Source: Nitrosopumilus sp.
GTDB lineage: Archaea > Thermoproteota > Nitrososphaeria > Nitrososphaerales > Nitrosopumilaceae
Length of the DNA stretch: 64,000 nt
Direction of reading: 5' to 3'
Assembly (NCBI GenBank): GCA_963667665.2
Contig: OY763927.2
Coordinates: 1,056,001 to 1,120,000 of the forward strand
The translations under genes and the position numbers were made by a program. Below the pieces are notes generated by a model that was not told the DNA's origin, did no database searches, and saw only the letters and a program-made list of their open reading frames with translations. Shown here piece after piece: positions 52,101-60,542 of the stretch. Numbering within the stretch: the stretch's first letter is position 1; every line of letters begins with the position of its first letter.

Positions 52101-52261
52101 AGAAAGTAATTCCAGGCAAAGTATCCTATGATGATATTATTTCTCTATGTGATGCAAAAGAAGACAAATCAATTATAACCAAGGCCTCAACAGAGAAGCT
52201 TTATTGTGTATATAATTCCAGTGTTGAGAAACTAATGTATAGAGGATGGGCAACCCAATAA
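48473..52261 (+). CDS. Large surface protein, 5'-truncated: LVIVD-like repeats + ~30 x 28-aa repeats + P/T/S/G linker + C-terminal Cys module
   Basis: Frame opens mid-repeat at 48398 with no signal peptide; ends LC..LYCV..SVEKLMYRGW. Confidence 0.8.
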   Translation: MNITNPANVIPTDSVRDGEEGFDVLARTDYVTTVKIDSKTYALASSSFDNGIQIMNITDPANITPVNSVKDGENGFDTLNGARGIATVKIDSKTFALVASSFDNGVQVMDITDPANVIPTDSVRDGREGFDTLDGAYDITTTVIGTQTLALVTSLDDHGVQIMNITDPANVTPVYSIKDGENGFDVLKDARDITVVVIDSKTFALVTSAGDDGVQIISVVEPRHYTLEISESIGILDSVNTKADRVLFLSDSLGIADSVQVTKIEAVLEPKYYELELSDSVAFSDSVDVRKISFMPEPKLHSLELSDSLIISDSVDIIKIAKPKVFEISLTDVLSISDDVTISKIDSPPPPSIAYTITLSDSITIDDSVVVFFDSSPQFFSIQLSDNLGISDSVDVTVNKSITLSDSITISDSVKVVKIKAVKEPKHYELELTDILEIVDSVKHSLNRNITLTEDIIIDDSIDVTKIEAVLEPKHYELVLSDSLEILDSIDVTKIEAVLEPKHYELELSDSLGILDSVKITKIEIVPEPKNYELVLVDSLEVADFVEIIKKEDVRESKNYELELTDSLEILDSADVTVNRSITLSDSIIITDSVKITKIEFIAEPKNYDVMLADSLSITGIVEVAKVEFVPGPKNYDVILSDGLAITDSVEIIKKKLVPERKTYSLELSDSLEIADSVEIIKKELVPERKTYSLELSDSLEISDSVSVTKLEFVPDPKNYNLQLVDSLEINDSVKVVKIEAIPEPKIYSLELSDSIGINDSVKVTTIKAIPEPKIYSLLLIENLEISDSVEIIKIEAVLEPKHYELEIVEEIGIIDSINVIKIEAISEPKSYKIKLTDKLEVSDSVEKTQIQFVTEPEMYKLELVDSLEIQDNLEVTKIDAMQEPEMYNLELSDSLTISDVIDAVKKEAILEPKNYELVLDDSLGINDSIDMTKIDTVPKPKYYDLELVDSIIISDSVKTVKVESVTAPTSEPRKYDVILSDGLGIVDSVKVTKIESVSEPKSYKIKLTDSLGVIDSIDVTKIESAITSTPAPIPTPAPIQTPAPIPSPTQPIITDNTAPSKTPSITPKTSGSQGGSPSSSSGGGFTISSNMIVWDHCNDAENYTILIASTYGDNLYSQIKSSESSYNGINVTAETDFKKYISNTRIPINFYAFSFDGIDQSDIYEITIYDKSKKFVSSKVSFENCSGSVIIFEPKGIVLNNFEPNILDEKVIPGKVSYDDIISLCDAKEDKSIITKASTEKLYCVYNSSVEKLMYRGWATQ
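49142..51550 (+). repeat. ~30 tandem units, mostly 28 aa/84 bp (xYELELSDSLEISDSVEVTKIExxxEPK)
   Basis: Counted from the translation; several adjacent units near-identical in DNA. Confidence 0.9.
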
Positions 52262-52292
52262 TTATTATACCAATTTGTAGGCATTATCCTCA

Positions 52293-52654
52293 ATGAAACT
52301 TTTTCTGCTTTCTCATAACTCAGAGTTGGAGTTTTTGGCATTACAAGAATTTATTAAAAATAAAAAATTAGATTATGAAATAATACGAACATCTTTTGAT
52401 AAAATACAGGCAAATGATTTAGTTGCCAATTTTCAATACCAGTCATGCTATGAAAAAAGACCTATCGGGTTTACAATTGACAGAGTCGTGCAAAAACATA
52501 CAAGTACTTTAACGCTAGATTTTCCACCTTTACATCATTATAATTTGTGAGTAATATTATGGTATCTCGTGGAAAGGAAATTGAAGATCATCTAAGTAAT
52601 CCATCACAATTCATCAATTATTATTCTAAAGATATGGAGGATTATGACCAATGA
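52293..52654 (+). pseudogene. Degraded hypothetical gene
   Basis: 85-aa ORF followed by a coding-like stretch in another frame (MVSRGKEIEDHL..). Confidence 0.35.
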
Positions 52655-52753
52655 AAATAATCTTAATCTAGAATAACTAATCCATTTATTTGCATGGTTA
52701 GGTGGTTCAAGTAAAAAATCAATTTGTACCTTACATTAGATACACTGAAAGGA

Positions 52754-52897
52754 TTACTTTAATCCTTTACGCAACACATCGTTTAACACTCTGGAAAAAC
52801 TAACTGATGCTTGCTCTGAGTGTATTCGTTTTGCTTGCAGTGTCCTTATTTTTCTATCAAGATCATCATCAAGCATGATCGTAATACGTTTTGACAT
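52754..52897 (-). CDS. 47-aa ribbon-helix-helix DNA-binding protein (not in ORF track)
   Basis: MSKRITIMLDDDLDRKIRTLQAKRIHSEQASVSFSRVLNDVLRKGLK. Confidence 0.8.
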   Translation of the reverse strand: MSKRITIMLDDDLDRKIRTLQAKRIHSEQASVSFSRVLNDVLRKGLK

Positions 52898-53427
52898 GCT
52901 GTGAACATAATAATATCATTTATAAACATGATCAACAATTTTGTTATGTTTTTTGGGTATTTTATTATGAATAAGAAAATATCAATATAACAACCACATA
53001 ATATATGATATACTAAATTATCTTCACATTATAATTCTTTTACATTTTTAATGCATGCACAATTTAATAGATTTTTAATATTATAATCAGACAGCCCAGA
53101 TGTAATGTAGACAGTATTATCTTTGAATATTATCTGAAATTTTGCCATGTAATTGATTAGAGTAGTTTTAATGTAATAATTATTGTTTCAAGAAAATACT
53201 ATTTGTAATTTCTTAGCTTTTTTTGTAAAGAGAGATTCCTAATATCGCGTTCACTATACCATGTACCTCTGAGGAATATCTGTCTTGTTCCATCATTTAA
53301 TAGTCTGGTTTTACCATCCCTTGATTTGTATTGGTCATCCATTTTCCTTGAAAACCTCTAGGATCTAGTAATAGTTTAGTATTGTGTATTTCTGCAATGT
53401 TGTGATTTGTCATACAAGTAAATACAA

Positions 53428-53607
53428 TCAAGATTCTAATGCTTTATTCAAATCACGTATTTTCGCTATACTTTTCTTGTTCTTTGAGTATCTGGGGGTG
53501 GTCCTGGCTCGATGTCCACATAGAGGACAGTGTATTCCCTTTGATTTATCATATCTATACTCGCATTTGGTGCAAAAGTTACTAGTAAGATAATCAATAA
53601 AGGGCAT
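53428..53607 (-). CDS. 59-aa zinc-ribbon protein (not in ORF track)
   Basis: FCTKCEY..HCPLCGHRARTTPR. Confidence 0.7.
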   Translation of the reverse strand: MPFIDYLTSNFCTKCEYRYDKSKGIHCPLCGHRARTTPRYSKNKKSIAKIRDLNKALES

Positions 53608-53648
53608 TATCTTTTTTTAAAAAAACCCATCACATATTAATTAAAAAA

Positions 53649-53738
53649 TCAAAGCATGGAAATTAAATATCCAACAAATATGCCAATAACAAAAGAGGTA
53701 CAGATACCTGCAGTTACAAAGTTTGAGATACCATTCAA
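53649..53738 (-). CDS. 29-aa single-TM peptide
   Basis: (TTG)NGISNFVTAGICTSFVIGIFVGYLISML. Confidence 0.35.
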   Translation of the reverse strand: MNGISNFVTAGICTSFVIGIFVGYLISML

Positions 53739-53924
53739 CTATTAATTACATATAGTAATAACTAAAATATGTTGTTAATTGTTTTATTATCACACAAGAC
53801 CATCTGGTGCATTAGATAATAAGACAACTAATGAAAAATACAGAATGGAAATTAAAAGGAGATAACAAATGGATTACATTAATTTAAAATACGAATAGAA
53901 GAATGTGTAAATGATCAAAAATAA

Positions 53925-54179
53925 TTATTCCAATTCAACTGTCGTAATACGGATTACTTCTTCATCATTGTCTATATGTTAGTGTATTGAAAGTTTTTCA
54001 TTAGTTGTATTGTATGATGCAACTAGAAAAATCCCACTTGTACAATGTACTGATGAACGTAGATTAGAAAACACATCAATTACTTGCTTAAAATGAGTTA
54101 CAATCTCTTCAATCGTTGTATTGTTTAAATTATCTAGAAAATCATTGTCTGACTCATTTGCTACAATGATTTTCCACAT
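53925..54179 (-). pseudogene. RelE/ParE-like toxin with in-frame TAA
   Basis: MWKIIV..DNDFLDNL..EEI; the frame continues past TAA as HIDNDEEVIRITTV, a RelE-type C-terminal strand. Confidence 0.5.
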
Positions 54180-54186
54180 TTTGGAA

Positions 54187-54321
54187 TCACTCGTTTTTTA
54201 GTGCTTTTGCAAACTCATCAATACTATTGTAGATTTTTGCTGGCTTTATTGCACCACTTTTCATCTTTTGTGCGGTTTCGAATATATTTCGCATTTTTTC
54301 TTCTTGATTGACTACTTGCAT
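54187..54321 (-). CDS. 44-aa antitoxin-like peptide (not in ORF track)
   Basis: ..KMKSGAIKPAKIYNSIDEFAKALKNE; 7 nt upstream of the RelE-like gene. Confidence 0.5.
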   Translation of the reverse strand: MQVVNQEEKMRNIFETAQKMKSGAIKPAKIYNSIDEFAKALKNE

Positions 54322-54689
54322 GATGTAAATTCTAGAACGTGGTTATATTAAACTATATTTTCTAATTTGCACTTTTACTAAAATCAACTTGACTCAAAAT
54401 TACTAACCCTCATGAATCCTCAAAAACACAACAAAAATTAACGAAAAACAAACAAGATTAAAAAATTAGATTAAATATCCTAAAATATCAACCATAGACT
54501 TGAGGTCCTAGTTTTGGGGTTTCTCAGAGAGTATCCCTTTTGGCCTGAATAATAATTACTATAATTATAATTTTCCCAAATAACAGATAGTCAAGCCATA
54601 CTACATCAAAGAGTAAGGCATAAAGAAAAACATCACACAAATTATCAAGAAATTAGAGAAAATCAAAAGAAATCTCTAAATTCTTTTTT

Positions 54690-57210
54690 TTATTCCTGAT
54701 AAGCAGGATTGATGATATATTTCATTATCTTCTCAGCCTTGGCACTTTCTATTTTCAACTCTTTAGAGTATTTTTCTAGCTTTGATACATCTCTATCTAT
54801 TCCACTATAATCATAGGTAAAGTAACCATCCACATCCTGCATTATATCACTTGAATCAAACACTAGAGTTGCACGTTGTTTTTCAAACTCTATCATGTTT
54901 GCAAAGTTTGAATTCTGTCTAGTCATTACATTACTGATCTTATCTTGGTGGCGCTCAAACTCTGGTGTTGTTATCTGTATCCATGTACCATGATCATTTT
55001 GCATCCAGAGATAACCGTTCTGGTCCTCCCATACGTTGTATCGTCTATCTTGTTGTGTTAAATAAATAATTTCAGCATCTCCTTGCTTTGTCTTTTTTTG
55101 CATTAGAGAATCTGTGTGAGGATCTAGCAGCGGAGTTCCTGTAAACTCTACACCTTCATTGATGAAAGTTATATGGTTACGTCTATGATTATCCATTGCA
55201 GAGATTGCCACAATATCGTGCTTTAAAGGAGCCATTACTGTAAAATCTATTGAGATTTCATGACATTTCTCTGAATTATCCATACTTTGACATTTTACCT
55301 TATCAATTGATGCTGTTGTGTTATCTTCATTTACCAATCCTTCTTTTTGGAAGTGGTTTATTTCATCAATGTCATAGTCTACTGGGCTGTCATAGTTTCT
55401 AGATAGTACCAATTGAATTTCAGTTTCAGCATCACTGTGACTTCCAATTTCTGGCACTCCAAGGTATAGTGATGTCCACTTTAATGAATTAGCAGTATAT
55501 ACTTTTAATTTCAGTGTTTGAATCACCAATAATTGAACTGGTTTTGACAAAGTCTGTGTGCCAGTTATCAGTAATGGTTAGTGAATAGTCATTGAATGTA
55601 AAGCCGTTATCAATTATTTGTCTGTGAGAGTTGTGTGTTTTACCAAATGTTGGTTTGACTGCCCAGTCCTTACTGCCACCACCTTTCTTTTTCTTTGGAG
55701 GATCAGAAGAGCCAGAGTCAGGATCAGCTGGAACATAATTAATACTAAATGTTTCTGATGCAGGATTAAAGCTTTCACCAGATGTTACTTTACCTGCCTT
55801 AATAGTTACAGATAGAGTATAACTATGAAAGTCATCTATTGATGGTGAAAGAGTAAAGGTGTAGAGGATACCTGGAGTTACAGTCTTAAAATCAGATATG
55901 TCAGCATTAGTGGTAAAGAGATCATAAATGGTAAAATCTTCTACAGGAGTAGTAAAAGTTACAGTCATTGGAATTTTTGTCAGTGACGTTGTACCAGATT
56001 CAGATGAGGTGATAACTGGTAAAAGTGCAGGGTCTGCAACAGAGGCTGGAACATAATTAATACTAAATGTTTCTGATGCAGGATTAAAGTTTCCACCAGA
56101 TGTTACCACATTTTCATTAATATATACAGATAGAGTAGAATCAGAAGATGTATCTGATGGAGTAAGTGCAAATTGATAGACAGTACCTGCAGATAAAATA
56201 ATAAAATCAGATATGAGAGAATTAACACTAAATAAATCATTAACATCAAAACCATCTACAGGAACATCAAAAGTTACACCCATTGGAATTTTTGTCAGTG
56301 ACGTTGTACCAGATTCTTGTGAGATGATAACTGGTAAAAGTGCAGGATCTACAACAGAGACTACTTTATTTAATTTTACTTTAAGAGTTAGTAATTCACC
56401 AGATACAGAGTCACCAAATCTAAAACCAAAAGTATTGACAGTACCATCAAGAGAATCAGCAATGATAGAACCAACAAGCCAATCACCATTAGGCAGTACA
56501 AATAATGGTGGAGAAACAGTAACACCTGGTACATTTTCAACATCAATGTCATTAACAGTTACATGTATAATGATGCCAGGTACTCCAAGTCCTTGAAAGA
56601 AAACATTATTTTGTTCTGTAACAAAAACATCTCCTTCATTTGCAATAGGGCGAGTTATTGTAGGGTCTACAATACACTTTTCAGCAGCAGCAAGAAAGTC
56701 CTCACTAGCTACAACAAGATGTCCTGCTTCAGAAAACTCCAAAGTATTAGTATTACCATCAGAATCAATAAAAGATACTGCAAAGTCTACATCCTCATCA
56801 GGATCAGGAAGACAGATGGAATTACTAACATCAAAGATATCATATTTGTAGAAAAATAACATTTCTTTTAGGTTCTTATCACCATCAACAACCTCAGTAT
56901 AAACTAAATAGTCAGACCACTCAAAGTCATCATCATTTTGAGAAACAGTCATCGTAAGAGAATCAGCTGTAAACTTGTTATCAAGTCCAATATCGGTGAT
57001 TGTAATACGTAGATATGCATCCAACTCCTCAAAAGCACAATTTTCTATATCATCACCATCAATACAATAATCATCATATGGATAGTCTAGATCACTTATT
57101 GAGAAATTAAATTAATCAGTAGAAACTTGAGCATTTGCAGTACCTGCAAGCATCCCAACAGACACTAGTAATCCAAGCGCAATAATTGTGAAAAGTTTGT
57201 ATTTAAGCAT
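54690..57210 (-). pseudogene. Large acidic surface protein with two Ig-like repeats; TAA at codon 33 and frameshift ~55515
   Basis: Signal MLKYKLF..ANA, TAA 57112-57114 in frame with ORF 55489-57024; continues in ORF 54690-55550; internal ~318-bp duplication. Confidence 0.8.
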
Positions 57211-57334
57211 ATTATAGTATGAATGATCATTAATTACAAACCTTACTATAATTAACATATGAATGTAATTAGATATGAATTAAGAATATACTGTAATTAT
57301 TTATGAATAAAGAGTTATGCATATCAAAGATATA

Positions 57335-57442
57335 TCACTGCGAGCTTGTAAATACAGTGCAGTGGCATTTTCTGCATTTTCCAAACTCATCATGGCTTGA
57401 TCTGGTATGATCGCATAAACACATGGAATATTTTTTAGTCAT
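57335..57442 (-). CDS. 35-aa CxCxH-x4-H-x5-CxxCxC zinc micro-protein (not in ORF track)
   Basis: MTKKYSMCLCDHTRSSHDEFGKCRKCHCTVFTSSQ. Confidence 0.65.
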   Translation of the reverse strand: MTKKYSMCLCDHTRSSHDEFGKCRKCHCTVFTSSQ

Positions 57443-57799
57443 TGGTATAGTGTGGTGTATCTAAATTAAATCTCTATTGAAATCTAATCATAATGTTTAG
57501 GTGTTAACTTACACAAGCCAATATATTGATCAGAAAATAATTAAAATGTTTTATTATAGTAAAATATCTGTGATCATATTATGCATAACCATATAAAATG
57601 TAGGAAATGCGGTAGATTTACCAAAAACTTATTCTACAGACATTCTAGCACCATAAAATATAATGAGACCTTCCTCATGGGGAGAGTTTGTCATTACTGT
57701 AAAATTTACACTATAACTGAAAAATACAAGAAAGTAAAGAAAATAGAATCTTAGACTTGTCATGGTTTAATATAATTTTGAGTCACACCTTTTTTTATT

Positions 57800-58114
57800 A
57801 TGAATAGAAAAAAATTAGTAATAATTAGTAGTTTGGTTGCAGTTGCCATATCTATGGCCTTTATATATTCTTTTGAAGAATATGTCTATGTACAATCAGA
57901 CATTACAAAGGCCAATCCAAACCTCAAAGTTGGGAAAACAGCAGTAAGTATGGCAACTGACATAGAAGGTTCAAAAGAATACATAATCTTAACCATCTTA
58001 GGTCCTGTTACCTCAGTGGGGGATCCAATTCCTTGGACTGATGAAGCTGGAAATAAACACGGTGCAATACAAAAGACAATCAAAAATATTACAAATGTAA
58101 ATAGTTTACATTAA
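57800..58114 (+). pseudogene. Membrane-anchored protein, probably 3'-truncated
   Basis: N-terminal TM; sequence turns AT-rich and uninformative after GNKHGAI. Confidence 0.45.
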
Positions 58115-58240
58115 ATCCAGGAGTTATAATGAATTAAATTAAAAACCATAGTTTAATATCTATCAATAATGCTTTAAGATTAGCAACTTTTTAGCATAAC
58201 TATAAAAAAGAATACAAAAATAAGACTTTGATAGTAGGTG

Positions 58241-58258
58241 AATCCCGATGGGAGCATT
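58241..58258 (+). repeat. attR-like 18-bp direct repeat
   Basis: aatcccgatgggagcatt, identical to 42384-42401. Confidence 0.9.
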
Positions 58259-58320
58259 TCAAATTATAAATTAAATTTCAAAATAGTTTCTTTAAATAAT
58301 AAAATCCACGGTCATAATTA

Positions 58321-58977
58321 TTGAGTCTAAGAGAAATAGAACTCCAAGAAGAATATCGGTCAGACAGAAATGACATTGCATCAGAATTTTTCTTTCCTTG
58401 CCTAAGTAATTGTATAGAATATGATAGATGTGTTGACTTTTTGTCTATTCAAACATTAGCTACAATATCCATGGCATTTGATAATTTTGTTATTGGTAAG
58501 GCAAAATTAAGAATTGTTACTGGCCATAGATTTAGAGCAGCAGACTTGAATCTGTTTACAAAACTCTTTGATGAAAAACACATGAAATTATTTAAAGGAA
58601 AACAAATCAAAAACACCAAAATTGAAAAAATTGCAAGATTTTTTGATAGTGGTCAAATTGAACTAAAGATTGCAATCCCAAATTCAGAAGAAGTTGCAAA
58701 TTCATTCTCAGAGAGAATTGGAATATTCAGAGATGAACATGATCAAGTAGTTGCATTTACTGGTACATCTAGTGAATCATTCTCTACTCAAACAATAGAT
58801 TTTGAATCCGTAGATGTGTTTACTTCATGGAATGACAAATCAAGGGTTGAAAGAAAGGTGAAAGATTTTGAAGAATTATGGGAAAACAAGACAAAATATG
58901 TTGAAGTTTATGATTTTATGTATGCAATAAAAAACAATCTTTTAAAATATTCATCAGAGTGGATATTACAAGATTAA
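58321..58977 (+). CDS. Stand-alone PLD-like domain with degenerate catalytic motif
   Basis: YRS..DI..EFF.PCL..YDR..F.S as in PLD-helicase N-termini; SERIGIF..FTGTSSE in place of HEK.GIF..FSGSANE. Confidence 0.65.
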   Translation: MSLREIELQEEYRSDRNDIASEFFFPCLSNCIEYDRCVDFLSIQTLATISMAFDNFVIGKAKLRIVTGHRFRAADLNLFTKLFDEKHMKLFKGKQIKNTKIEKIARFFDSGQIELKIAIPNSEEVANSFSERIGIFRDEHDQVVAFTGTSSESFSTQTIDFESVDVFTSWNDKSRVERKVKDFEELWENKTKYVEVYDFMYAIKNNLLKYSSEWILQD

Positions 58978-59573
58978 AGTTGAAATGATTCTTCTAATCT
59001 AGCTTTGTTTTCATAGAAATTCATTTTATTCATTTTATAATAAATGACCTCACCACGACGTTCAATGACTGCAATAATTGGTTCTTTGCCCATTTGAGTA
59101 ATCTCTTCAATCTTTTTCTGTAGATTACCCATCTTTTCTTGTTGCCCCTCATTTAGACCAAAGATTAGAAATTTTGCGCCCTTTTCTCCAAATTGTCCTC
59201 GTTCATAAACTCTAAAGTCAGAACCAAAACCAAATCCATCCTTTACAACATAACCACGATTTCGAAGATCACGATATATCAAAAATTTGGTTAGAATTTC
59301 ATTATCTAGTTTTTGAGAAAGGTTCATGAAAGAGTTAAAATCAATCTGTTTTTTTCCTTTCTTGAGAATTAGTTTTTTAGCATATAGCAGGTATAGAGTT
59401 TCAAATTGTTTTAGGAATAATTTTTCTTTTTCAATTTCTCCATATCCCTTTTGTTCAAGTTCATGAATCATATTTTTATTAGAAATGCAAGTTTGATCTG
59501 AAATCATCTCGCCTTTGACTAAAGGAGTTTCTTCCATGATGATGAGAAAGCCAGAGAATTTCCATATAAGCAT
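58974..59573 (-). CDS. endA: tRNA-splicing endonuclease
   Basis: ETLYL, FLIYRDLRNRGYVVKDGFGFGSDFRVY. Confidence 0.9.
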   Translation of the reverse strand: MLIWKFSGFLIIMEETPLVKGEMISDQTCISNKNMIHELEQKGYGEIEKEKLFLKQFETLYLLYAKKLILKKGKKQIDFNSFMNLSQKLDNEILTKFLIYRDLRNRGYVVKDGFGFGSDFRVYERGQFGEKGAKFLIFGLNEGQQEKMGNLQKKIEEITQMGKEPIIAVIERRGEVIYYKMNKMNFYENKARLEESFQL

Positions 59574-59636
59574 TAGAAATATAGAGCAAATGCATGGTTA
59601 ACCGTTAAAATATGGGCATTTTGGTTTGAGAATATC

Positions 59637-60146
59637 ATGCATGGTGCAAATTATAGGGCTGGAAGGGGACAAGTGTTTACCAGAAAAGAGTACATCAAAG
59701 GTAAGCCACAAATTAAAATTGCAAAATTTCAAGGTGGCAAAAGAGGAACATACCAATATTGCGTTCAATTAAGTCTCAATGAAAAACTTCAGATCAGACA
59801 CATGGCAATTGAATCAACCAGATTGGCAGCAAACAAAACTTTAGAGAAAACAACTGGAGAAACAGGTTATTATTCCAGACTAAGAATTTACCCACATAAT
59901 CTTTTAAGAGAAAATAAACAAATAGCAACTGCAGGTGCAGATAGAATTTCAGAAGGAATGCGAAGATCATGGGGTAAAGCCACAAGTTTAGGTGCTAGAG
60001 TCAGACAAGGTCAATGCATAATGGAACTATACGTTAATGGTAGTGATCATCTAACTGCAGCAAGAAAAGCACTGCATGGAGCATGTGTGAAATTACCAGG
60101 TACACCATCAATCAAAGTGATTGATTGGAATAAATCCTCACCATAA
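59637..60146 (+). CDS. rpl10e: 50S ribosomal protein L10e/L16
   Basis: AIESTRLAAN, YPH.LLRENK, GADRISEGMR..WGK. Confidence 0.95.
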   Translation: MHGANYRAGRGQVFTRKEYIKGKPQIKIAKFQGGKRGTYQYCVQLSLNEKLQIRHMAIESTRLAANKTLEKTTGETGYYSRLRIYPHNLLRENKQIATAGADRISEGMRRSWGKATSLGARVRQGQCIMELYVNGSDHLTAARKALHGACVKLPGTPSIKVIDWNKSSP

Positions 60147-60401
60147 ATTTTCTAAATTAGATTTCTTGGTTTTAACAAATTCCAAAAATTCTTTGAATTC
60201 TTCTTTAGTGGGTTCTCGATTAAGAATTCTTTTAGATTGATAGTAAAAGGCGTTATAAATTCTGCCTACTATAATACCTAAAGCAAATGATTTTGAATCA
60301 TCAATGTTTGAGAGTGATTGAACTAATTGCCTAATTTCATCCTTGTTTGAAATTGTATCTTGAATTTTTTGCTCTATCTTCTTTAGAATAATTTCATCCA
60401 T
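60138..60401 (-). CDS. Hypothetical protein
   Basis: FALGIIVGRIYNAFYYQ..RILNREPT. Confidence 0.7.
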   Translation of the reverse strand: MDEIILKKIEQKIQDTISNKDEIRQLVQSLSNIDDSKSFALGIIVGRIYNAFYYQSKRILNREPTKEEFKEFLEFVKTKKSNLENLW

Positions 60402-60464
60402 AATGTATCTTGTTTGAAATAGTTAAAAACAGTTTAATATCCAAATTTTGCCTCTAGGATTGTT

Positions 60465-60541
60465 GCAGTTATAGTACAGTTTGGTTAATATTCTAGCTTG
60501 CCAAGTTAGTGACCCGGGTTCAAATCCCGGTAACTGCACCA
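60465..60541 (+). tRNA. tRNA-Gly(GCC), with encoded CCA
   Basis: GCAGTTA/TAACTGC acceptor, CTAGC/GTTAG stem, GCC anticodon, GTTCAAATC. Confidence 0.92.
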
Positions 60542-60542
60542 T

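Larger units (their letters stand above)
42384..58258. mobile_element. Decaying ~15.9-kb integrated element at tRNA-Glu
   Basis: Flanking 18-bp direct repeat, integrase-like stump, low coding density, many broken genes between intact core flanks. Confidence 0.88.

Noticed and set aside
57661-57696. Imperfect hairpin taatgagaccttcctcatggggagagtttgtcatta
   Set aside because: Several G-U pairs and bulges, single copy, no associated transposase or recognisable RNA family
42384-58258. Island frameshifts as pure sequencing error
   Set aside because: About 48 kb of flanking homopolymer-rich core genes show no breaks, and several lesions are substitutions or non-homopolymer indels; individual A/T-run indels still need read checks
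60465-60541. tRNA-Gly or tRNA-Leu as further integration sites
   Set aside because: No duplicated 3' ends found in the window and the flanks are intact core-type genes
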